Below, piece after piece: positions 7,879 through 14,845 of a stretch of DNA of 20,000 nt. The stretch is from positions 52,667 through 72,666 of the forward strand of contig DAOVVV010000007.1 in NCBI GenBank assembly GCA_030637025.1, read 5' to 3'. Under the pieces are notes generated by a model. It had not been told where the DNA came from and ran no database searches. It was given only the letters and a program-made list of their open reading frames with translations. This DNA comes from Clostridia bacterium (GTDB taxonomy: Bacteria > CBDUZB01 > JAGLHV01). Position 1 is the stretch's first letter; every line of letters starts with the position of its first letter. A program made the translations under genes and the position numbers.

Positions 7879-8919
7879 ATGCCCGGGGTTAATCGTTTTG
7901 AATTAGTGGAAACAGCTTTAAAATATTATAAAGATATTACTATGGAAACTCTTTTGACTTTTTTACCGTCAAAAGAGCCCAGGAAGTACCTTTATGATTT
8001 AATTCCATCTTATCCTATGCGTCCGGGAAAAGGTTTACGCCCGGGGTTATGTATGGCTACCTGTGAAGCTTTTGGAGGAAATGTCCGCAATGCTCTTAGG
8101 TCGGCTGTAGCTATTGAATTGTTTCATAATGCTTTTTTAATTCATGATGATGTGGAAGATGGAAGTGAATACCGGCGGGGCGAGAAGACCTTACATGCTA
8201 AATACGGGATGGAAATTGCCGTGAATGCCGGTGATGCAATGAATGTTCTCAGCATTCGTCCTTTAATGGAAAATCTTACCTTTCTCGGTCCGGAGTTAAC
8301 CTGGCAGATTTTTACCGAAATTGAACATATGGTGCGGCAATCAGTTGAAGGACAGGCGATGGAGTTGGGTTGGGTACACGATAATATTTGTGATTTAACC
8401 GAAGAGGATTATTTGCGTACAACCCTTAAGAAGACCTGCTGGTATACCAGTATTCATCCCTGTAGAATAGGTGCTTTGATTGCTAAAGGGGGAGAAATAA
8501 ATTTAGATTCTTTTAATCATTTTGGTTTTTATATGGGAGCAGCTTTTCAGATTCAGGATGATGTTCTTAATCTTGTAGGTCAGCGTAAAAAATACGGCAA
8601 GGAAATCGGAGGGGATATCTGGGAAGGAAAGCGAACCGTAATGCTTATTCATTTGCTGAATAATTGCACTAAAAGAGAAAAAGAAAAAATCACAATGTTT
8701 TTGTCCCTGCCCCGTAAGCAGCGGTTACCTAAAGAAGTTAAGTGGGTTTATTCTTTGATGACCGAATATGGTAGTATCGAGTTTGCCCGCAAAAATGCCC
8801 GCCAACTGGCTGGAGCGGCTTTACGAGAATTTTTCGTAGCCTATGGAAGTTTACCTGACAGCCGGGCTAAACAATTTATTTATGATATTGTGTTATATAT
8901 GGTGGAGAGGGATCTTTAA
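7879..8919 (+). CDS. Polyprenyl synthetase family trans-prenyltransferase (GGPP synthase-like)
   Basis: GKGLRP, FARM LIHDDVEDGSEYRRG, AVNAGD, GQAME, KKT, second motif FQIQDDVLN, GKEIGGDIWEGKRT; AAGGAG RBS. Confidence 0.93.
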   Translation: MPGVNRFELVETALKYYKDITMETLLTFLPSKEPRKYLYDLIPSYPMRPGKGLRPGLCMATCEAFGGNVRNALRSAVAIELFHNAFLIHDDVEDGSEYRRGEKTLHAKYGMEIAVNAGDAMNVLSIRPLMENLTFLGPELTWQIFTEIEHMVRQSVEGQAMELGWVHDNICDLTEEDYLRTTLKKTCWYTSIHPCRIGALIAKGGEINLDSFNHFGFYMGAAFQIQDDVLNLVGQRKKYGKEIGGDIWEGKRTVMLIHLLNNCTKREKEKITMFLSLPRKQRLPKEVKWVYSLMTEYGSIEFARKNARQLAGAALREFFVAYGSLPDSRAKQFIYDIVLYMVERDL

Positions 8920-8925
8920 ATTTTA

Positions 8926-9753
8926 TTATCTTTTCTGCTGCATCATCTGTTGCATCATTTCCTGCATATTAGGCATATTGGGCATAGAACTTCCTTTTGT
9001 TGTTACCTTATCCGGATCAAACAAATCATTAGATAATTCCTGGTTTAGTTTTAAAGATTGCACTACTAAAGTAGACATAAGTTGCTTATCATAATATACA
9101 TTGGTTTTATAAGGCATTTCCCATATACTTTTTATTTTCTTAAAATCAGAGTTTATTATGGATAATACTCTTTCTTTTTTTTCCTGTCCTTGTGCTTTAA
9201 TTAACAGTAGATTCTTTTTTTCTATCCATATTTTGGTGAAAGAAAAGGAATCATTAGGTTTAAACTCAATTACATAACAGTTATGTTTGCCGATTTTTTC
9301 ACTGCCGGTAATTTTTGCTTTTGTTGGTAATTGGTCGTACCAGTTTGTACCTATTTGATAATTTTTTTGTTCTTTCGGGGGAATTTTTTTCTTGCCCATA
9401 AAAGGTGAAATTACCCACTCGTTCCGGCCATCAAAAATAAAAATTGTTTTCATTTGTTTCATTTTCCCCGTAGTTTCTGCGTCAGAGGGTGTAGGTATGC
9501 TGGTTTCTATACGGTACTTTTTGCCTTTTCTATATACTTTGTTTTTTGAGATTACCTGGTTTTTGCCCTGCTGGATTTGCATTTCCTGAACAATAGTTAT
9601 ATCTTTTACTTCTTTTTTAAAGGAAGCATCTTTTTCCTTTAATTTTTTATGAATGCTTGACCATTCTGCAGTAAAACCCTGATTGATTCCTAAGGTTAGA
9701 GTTAAAAATGCCGTTAGCAATACAATTTTTAACCCATTGAATTTTTTTGTCAT
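8926..9753 (-). CDS. Exported LolA-like (outer-membrane lipoprotein-sorting family) protein
   Basis: Sec signal peptide; G.EKIG...CYVIE..P, KIWIEK and LSNDLFDP motifs match the LolA-like fold; Met/Gln-rich tail. Confidence 0.7.
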   Translation of the reverse strand: MTKKFNGLKIVLLTAFLTLTLGINQGFTAEWSSIHKKLKEKDASFKKEVKDITIVQEMQIQQGKNQVISKNKVYRKGKKYRIETSIPTPSDAETTGKMKQMKTIFIFDGRNEWVISPFMGKKKIPPKEQKNYQIGTNWYDQLPTKAKITGSEKIGKHNCYVIEFKPNDSFSFTKIWIEKKNLLLIKAQGQEKKERVLSIINSDFKKIKSIWEMPYKTNVYYDKQLMSTLVVQSLKLNQELSNDLFDPDKVTTKGSSMPNMPNMQEMMQQMMQQKR

Positions 9754-9800
9754 TTTGTTTTCCTTTTAATACTTTTAGTAATGTCAAAAATATCTGACAT

Positions 9801-9979
9801 TTAGTTTATAATTTGTATTCTCGTCGTCCTTCCCCCTTTGAAAAAGGGGGTTGGGGGGATTTTATTTACATTCTTTTCTTTTACTGTCCGATAAATCACA
9901 TTCATAACAAAATCCAGTTTCTGCAAAACTTGTAGATTGTTAAAACGTAATATATATATAATCCCTCTTTAATTAAATA
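9801..9979 (-). pseudogene. C-terminal remnant of a DUF559/very-short-patch-like endonuclease
   Basis: Minus strand reads YLIKEGLYI, then a 2-nt TA slip, then LRFNNLQVLQKLDFVMNVIYRTV. This matches the YLxxxGxxVLRFxNxxV C-terminus of DUF559 proteins. No N-terminal part is present. Confidence 0.6.
9832..9862. repeat. REP-like palindrome CCCCCTTT-GAA-AAAGGGGG-ttggggggattt
   Basis: Perfect 8-bp stem (9832-9839 / 9843-9850) followed by a G-rich tail. Confidence 0.7.
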
Positions 9980-10054
9980 TACTATATTAATTACTCATCA
10001 ACAATTTTACCACTGTTAAAAAATAAAGTCAATGTATTTAGTGCATGTTTTTTA

Positions 10055-10086
10055 TTGACTTGACCGATAATAAATGTTAATATAAT
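10055..10086 (+). promoter_or_regulatory. Putative sigma70 promoter upstream of the FKBP gene
   Basis: TTGACT (10055-10060), 17 bp, then TAATAT (10078-10083) with extended -10 TG; TATAAT at 10081-10086. Confidence 0.55.
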
Positions 10087-10130
10087 TTTAGGTTTAGTAA
10101 ATAAATTAATGAATGTAATGGGGGGAAGGA

Positions 10131-10727
10131 ATGAGGAAAAGTAAGATTTCAACCGGTTTAATCTGGATTGTTTCGGGAGTATTATTGGTAATGGGGTTGG
10201 TTGTAGTTAATGGTTGTGGTAGAAAAAAAGAAGAACTGATAGAAGAGGGAACCAGAGAAAATACTGCTGAAATAATTCCGTTGGAAGAAGGTGGGAAAAA
10301 GATGATAGTTACCAAGGGCGATAAAGTCAAAATAGAATACATAGGAAGTTTTGAAGACGGAACTATTTTTGACCGGTCAAAAGAAGGAAGTCCCTTAGTA
10401 TTTGAAGTAGGAAGCAGGAGAATAATACCCGGACTTGAACGGGGGGTGAAGGGGATGAAATTGAATGAAGAAAAAAAAATAGAGATAAATGTAAATGATG
10501 CTTATGGCCCCAGAAGAGAAGACATAGTTAGAAGTATGCCCAGAACTTCTTTTCCCCCGGACCTCCAGGTAGAAAAAGGAAAGGTGCTGCGGTTAAAAGA
10601 TAAAGAAGGAAGATTAATAATGGGGAAGATACTGGAGATAAAAGGAGATGATTTAGTGGTTGATTTTAATCATCCTTTAGCCGGTAAAAATCTTGTGTTT
10701 GAAGTTAAAGTTGTTGGTATTGAATGA
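10131..10727 (+). CDS. FKBP-type peptidyl-prolyl cis-trans isomerase (SlyD/SlpA-like) with predicted lipoprotein signal
   Basis: GDKVKIEYIGSFEDGTIFD, IIPGLE, DAYGPR, insert-in-flap region and VDFNHPLAGKNLVFEV; N-terminal hydrophobic stretch ending VVVNG-C. Confidence 0.92.
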   Translation: MRKSKISTGLIWIVSGVLLVMGLVVVNGCGRKKEELIEEGTRENTAEIIPLEEGGKKMIVTKGDKVKIEYIGSFEDGTIFDRSKEGSPLVFEVGSRRIIPGLERGVKGMKLNEEKKIEINVNDAYGPRREDIVRSMPRTSFPPDLQVEKGKVLRLKDKEGRLIMGKILEIKGDDLVVDFNHPLAGKNLVFEVKVVGIE

Positions 10728-10842
10728 TTGTGCAGGGAAAATGATGGAAATATAAATAATAAATATTGAATAAGAAGAAAAGATATTTATTTATTGAAAA
10801 ATAAGTTTAAAAACGGCTGGAAAGAAAAGGAGGGGATAAACC

Positions 10843-11130
10843 ATGGATATTTATATAGGTAATTTGCCTAAAGAAATTACTGAAGAAGATTTACAAAAAA
10901 CTTTTGAACCTTTTGGAGAAGTAGAAATAATTAGTATTATTAAAGATAAACTAACCGGTAAATCAAAAGGATTTGGTTTTGTGGAGATGTCCAGTAGAGC
11001 AGAAGGGCAAGTCGCGATTAAATCTATGAACGGTAAAAAGTTAAAAAAACGGAAACTTATAGTAAGAGAGGTTCTTAACCGTTCCGGGGAGCGTAGAAAA
11101 AGCAGTAATGGAAGGCGGCATTTGTTGTAA
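10843..11130 (+). CDS. RRM (RNP-1) RNA-binding protein
   Basis: RNP2 IYIGNL and RNP1 KGFGFVEM; GGAGG RBS. Confidence 0.93.
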   Translation: MDIYIGNLPKEITEEDLQKTFEPFGEVEIISIIKDKLTGKSKGFGFVEMSSRAEGQVAIKSMNGKKLKKRKLIVREVLNRSGERRKSSNGRRHLL

Positions 11131-12537
11131 ATGAATATAGGCGATAAAGTAAAAATAAAAATAGAAAAAATAGTTTTAGGAGGAGACGGGTTAGGACACA
11201 TTGGACGTTTAGTTGTTTTTGTGCCTTATACCTGTCCGGGTGATGAAGTTTTAGTTGAAATTACTAAATTAAAGTCAAATTATTCAAGCGGAAAGATAGT
11301 AGAAATTATTAACCCTTCCAATGAAAGAGAAGTTCCTCAATGTCCTTATTTTTTTCAACCGGGAAAAGAAAATTTTTGTGGCGGTTGTAATTGGCAGCAT
11401 CTTAACTATTCTGTTCAAATAAAATATAAATTGGACTTGATACAAGAAACCCTTAAGCAGTTAGGAGGGGTAAGTTTTAAAGGAGTAAAAATAAAACCAT
11501 CCGTTTCTTCCTCCTTTATTTGGCGTTACCGCAATAAAATGCAGCTTCCGGTTAGAAAACAGGAAGGAAAAATTATAGCCGGTTTTTATAGTCCCGGAAC
11601 CCATAAAATAGTGGATTTTAGCGATTGCTTATTGCATTCTTCGTTAATGAATAAAATTGTGCAATATTTTAAGGGAATGGTTACAGCTTCTGCGGTTTCT
11701 ATTTATAATGAAACTACCGGGGAAGGATTATTGCGGCATTTAGTTTTACGTCAATCATTTTTTAAAGACGAAATTGAATTGATTTTAGTAATAACAAAAA
11801 GAAAGATGACTTCAATAAATGTAATTATTAAAAAGTTGCTCGATAAATTTCCCTCGATTAATGGGATATTTATAAATATAAATCCATTAAAAAGTAATGT
11901 TATTTTGGGGAACCAAACAATAAGAATTTATGGAAAAGATTATTTAATGGAAAAACTTGGAAAAAGGAAATATTTTATTTCTCCTGCATCATTTTTTCAG
12001 GTAAATAAATCGCAGGCAGAAAATCTTTATAAGTTGGTGGCCGAACAAGTTAGGGATGAGAAGGCAACCTTATGGGATATTTATTGTGGATGCGGAACTA
12101 TTGGATTGAGTTGTGCATCGTTGGTCAAGAGGGTTTATGGCATAGAAGAAAATAAATCTGCTATTAGGGATGCTGAAAATAACGCGCGAGCGAATAATAT
12201 TACCAATGCCAGTTTTTTTCATGGTAAAGCGGAAAAAGTTTTATCCGGATTTTTTAAAAATAAATATCAAAAGCCTATTAAAAATTCAATAGTGATATTG
12301 GATCCTCCCCGTGCCGGTTGTTCCCGGGCAGTTTTAGAAAATATTAGTAAAATTTATCCATGGAAAATAATTTATATTTCCTGTAATCCGGCTACTTTAG
12401 CCCGGGACATTAAATTTTTAAAGGGGAAAGGATACCATTTAAAAGAAGTACAGTTAATAGATATGTTTCCGCAAACCGCACATATTGAATGTTTATCTGT
12501 TTTGGAAAGAGAAACACCGAAGGGCAGGATTGTATAA
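11131..12537 (+). CDS. rlmD: 23S rRNA (uracil-C5)-methyltransferase RlmD/RumA family
   Basis: N-terminal TRAM domain, C...CGGC..QH Fe-S motif, YRNK, SFFQVN, DIYCGCG, LDPPRAG, YISCNPATLARD, DMFPQTAHIE. Confidence 0.93.
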   Translation: MNIGDKVKIKIEKIVLGGDGLGHIGRLVVFVPYTCPGDEVLVEITKLKSNYSSGKIVEIINPSNEREVPQCPYFFQPGKENFCGGCNWQHLNYSVQIKYKLDLIQETLKQLGGVSFKGVKIKPSVSSSFIWRYRNKMQLPVRKQEGKIIAGFYSPGTHKIVDFSDCLLHSSLMNKIVQYFKGMVTASAVSIYNETTGEGLLRHLVLRQSFFKDEIELILVITKRKMTSINVIIKKLLDKFPSINGIFININPLKSNVILGNQTIRIYGKDYLMEKLGKRKYFISPASFFQVNKSQAENLYKLVAEQVRDEKATLWDIYCGCGTIGLSCASLVKRVYGIEENKSAIRDAENNARANNITNASFFHGKAEKVLSGFFKNKYQKPIKNSIVILDPPRAGCSRAVLENISKIYPWKIIYISCNPATLARDIKFLKGKGYHLKEVQLIDMFPQTAHIECLSVLERETPKGRIV

Positions 12538-12624
12538 ATAAAGAAAAAGTCATTGTAATTATAACGAAGTTATGAATTTTTTTTGTTTTGACCAAAAAAA
12601 GGCAGTGAATATTTTTTTATTTTT

Positions 12625-12687
12625 GTAGCCACAACTTTTAAGTTGCGTAGGGTTTAAGTCGCTATTTACGCAGGTTTCCTAAGCTAC
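12625..12687. repeat. Degenerate GTAG-type REP doublet (REPIN-like)
   Basis: GTAGC at 12625 and GCTAC at 12683 are inverted ends; inner palindrome CAACTT-TT-AAGTTG (12632-12645); TGCGTA/TACGCA pair. Lies between convergent genes. Confidence 0.55.
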
Positions 12688-12744
12688 CAATAATATCTTA
12701 TTATGTAATATTTGCCACAAATATGAGTAAATTTCGAAAAAGTT

Positions 12745-13215
12745 TTAATATGCTTTTTTATTTTTTTGACCAAACCATAATTTAAACAAATCTATGTTTT
12801 CTTCCCGAAGAAAATCTCCTATTATTTCTATTGAGCTCTTACCGGCTTGTTTCATTTTTTTATTGGAAATAGTACATTCATTAAATTCAAATTTTTGAGC
12901 ATCCTTTATTCGTGCACCATAAACTATTTTATCCATTCTTGCCCAATGGCAGGCAGTAAAACACATCGGACAGGGCTCGCAAGTGGAGTAAATCACGCAT
13001 CCGGATAAATCAATGGTCTTTAATTTTCTGCAAGCGGTTCTGATAGCATTAATTTCAGCATGAGCGGTGATATCAGTGTTTTTCCAGACAACATTATGGG
13101 TACAGCTGATAATTTCCCTTCCTTTGACAATACAGGCTCCAAAAGGGGTTTGTCCTTTTTTAATTCCCTGCTTTGCTTTGTTAATAGCAAGTCTCATAAA
13201 TTTTTCATCGTTCAT
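12745..13215 (-). CDS. Nucleoside deaminase, CDA superfamily (Bacillus GuaD-type guanine deaminase-like)
   Basis: PFGACIV, HAE and CEPCPMC zinc motifs, and a C-terminal Tyr as in GuaD-type enzymes; GGAG RBS. Confidence 0.88.
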   Translation of the reverse strand: MNDEKFMRLAINKAKQGIKKGQTPFGACIVKGREIISCTHNVVWKNTDITAHAEINAIRTACRKLKTIDLSGCVIYSTCEPCPMCFTACHWARMDKIVYGARIKDAQKFEFNECTISNKKMKQAGKSSIEIIGDFLREENIDLFKLWFGQKNKKAY

Positions 13216-13247
13216 TTATTTTTCTCCGTAAAAATAAAGCGTAGATA

Positions 13248-13319
13248 TTATTTTATTTTTCTTATTTTTTTATCAGCTGCAACCTGTTCCATTTTAGAAC
13301 AGGTTAATTTTTTATCATT
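13248..13319 (-). pseudogene. Short RhuM-like DNA-binding protein fragment (copy 2)
   Basis: Minus strand NDKKLTCSKMEQVAADKKIRKIK* resembles the RhuM ...TCSKMEQVAADGK... segment; contains the hairpin AACCTGTTC-N7-GAACAGGTT. Confidence 0.45.
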
Positions 13320-13364
13320 TTTTATCTTTCGTCAAGTATCTTATTAGTTTGAGACCGTCCCGTA

Positions 13365-13484
13365 TTATACCGAAATAATAGCATCTAAATTATAAAACCG
13401 GGTTTTGTAAACTTTGCCATCGGTGGCAATGTGTTCCAAAATGGAACATACTGAATTTTTATCAAGTTCGCTTATTTTATATAT
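13365..13484 (-). pseudogene. RhuM-like (virulence RhuM family) fragment
   Basis: Minus strand IYKISELDKNSVCSILEHIATDGKVYKTRFYNLDAIISV*. The ELD...DGK.Y....YNLDAIISV(GYR) signature is characteristic of RhuM; stops on both sides. Confidence 0.8.
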
Positions 13485-13548
13485 TTATATTACATAAAAC
13501 AGCTAATTTTATCAATATTTTTTTAATTTAACTTGTAAAAATTATTTC

Positions 13549-13622
13549 TTGACTTTTTTTGAAATTCATGTTAACCTCTATGTGTATGGTTAACCAAAGT
13601 TAACCATATTAATGAAGTTAAC
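13549..13622 (+). promoter_or_regulatory. Promoter with four GTTAAC palindromes (putative autoregulatory operator)
   Basis: TTGACT (13549-13554), 17 bp, then TAACCT (13572-13577) with extended TG; GTTAAC at 13570, 13589, 13599 and 13617. Confidence 0.6.
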
Positions 13623-13676
13623 AAGAAAAATGTATTTTTATAAGCGTTGAAATGGATAAGGATTATAGGAGGTTTT

Positions 13677-13934
13677 GTGGTAAAAGACAAATATATTACT
13701 ATTCCCCAGTTAGCTAAAATTCTGGGTATGAGTAGAATTGCTGTATATAAGAAAGTTAAAAAAGGTCAGATTAAAGCAGTGAAAATAGGAAGAAGTTATG
13801 TTATTTCCCAAAAATATATCACCAATATTTTGGGTAAAGAATTAAACGAAAAAGATAAAAAAGAAATTGATGAGGCAGTAAAAAAAACAGTGAAGGAATA
13901 CGGAGAACTGCTTAAACTTTTAGGTAAGGAATGA
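13677..13934 (+). CDS. Excisionase-like HTH DNA-binding protein, putative antitoxin
   Basis: YITIPQLAKILGMSRIAVYKKVKKGQIKAVKIGRSYVI is an HTH_17 pattern; C-terminal YGELLKLLGKE. AGGAGG favours GTG 13677 over TTG 13647. Overlaps the doc-like gene (ATGA). Confidence 0.8.
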   Translation: MVKDKYITIPQLAKILGMSRIAVYKKVKKGQIKAVKIGRSYVISQKYITNILGKELNEKDKKEIDEAVKKTVKEYGELLKLLGKE

Positions 13935-14359
13935 TGCTTAAAATTACTATTACTGTGAAAGAAGTAGAATATATCGCTTTTAGAATGGCAAAAGAAAACC
14001 TATCTTTTAACGAGCCGATTCCTGCTTTTTCTACCCGTTTTCCAAGTATTTTGGAAAGCTGTTTAGTTACTCCTTTTCAAAGTTTCTCAGGAAAGTATTT
14101 TTATCCGACTTTTATTGCTAAAGCAAGTATTCTTTTTTATCTTATGATTAAAAATCATCCTTTTCAAAATGGGAACAAAAGAATTGCTATGACCACTTTA
14201 TTATTTTTTTTCCATAAAAATAAAAAATGGATAAAGGTAAATATTCAAGAATTCTATAATTTTACGATGTGGGTTACGCAAAGTCCTCGTATAGCCAAAG
14301 AAGAGACAATAAACGCAACAGAAAAGTTTCTAAAAAAGTATATAATAAATCTTGAATAA
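13931..14359 (+). CDS. Fic/Doc family (death-on-curing-like) toxin
   Basis: HPFQNGNKR Fic/Doc motif; LESCLVTPFQSF...YPT...KA pattern. Confidence 0.88.
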   Translation: MMLKITITVKEVEYIAFRMAKENLSFNEPIPAFSTRFPSILESCLVTPFQSFSGKYFYPTFIAKASILFYLMIKNHPFQNGNKRIAMTTLLFFFHKNKKWIKVNIQEFYNFTMWVTQSPRIAKEETINATEKFLKKYIINLE

Positions 14360-14374
14360 AATTAATGATACAAC

Positions 14375-14406
14375 GTTGTTAAATAGTTATTTAACTATTT
14401 AACAAC
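14375..14406. repeat. Perfect 15-bp inverted repeat (possible bidirectional terminator or element end)
   Basis: GTTGTTAAATAGTTA-TT-TAACTATTTAACAAC between convergent genes. Confidence 0.8.
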
Positions 14407-14467
14407 ATCCCCTTTTTACCTAAAACAGTATTATTAATTTTATTTTCCTACCATAATTTTCACATAA

Positions 14468-14836
14468 TTAAGAGGCTTTTATCATTGGCGTAACAACTAT
14501 TAGAAGATAAAATATAAGCACTATAATTGTCACTGTAGTAGTTGCCCAAATAATTTTTTCGCGTAAAGACATTGGGAAACAATCTGCATCTGATCCTATT
14601 CTTCCCCATGAGACGCATGACCACATCCTTTCGTAAAAATAGTACATTATCATGCGTGTTGAATGGTGATATATTACAATGAGAGTCGCAAGCCAGGCGG
14701 CTGTTTTAAATTGCTTGGGAACCAGCAAGATTATGACATATGCGCCCACCCAAGTCCATATTATGCCTATGAACCTCCAGAGCAAAGATTTTACAATAGA
14801 ACGCCTTTTATATTCTGTCGTTTTATTATTCTTCAT
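14468..14836 (-). CDS. DUF2061-like small membrane protein
   Basis: RRSIVKSLLWR and YYFYERMW..VSWG motifs; extra C-terminal TM helix; AGGAGG-like RBS 9 bp after the upstream stop. Confidence 0.72.
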   Translation of the reverse strand: MKNNKTTEYKRRSIVKSLLWRFIGIIWTWVGAYVIILLVPKQFKTAAWLATLIVIYHHSTRMIMYYFYERMWSCVSWGRIGSDADCFPMSLREKIIWATTTVTIIVLIFYLLIVVTPMIKAS

Positions 14837-14845
14837 TAGCTCCTC

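Noticed and set aside
8935-8985. Met/Gln/Pro-Asn short repeats at the C-terminus of the LolA-like protein
   Set aside because: Ordinary low-complexity coding tail.
11341-11388. Longer spacing (CX11CGGC) in the RlmD Fe-S motif
   Set aside because: Small loop insertion with all ligands retained; not evidence of a new function.
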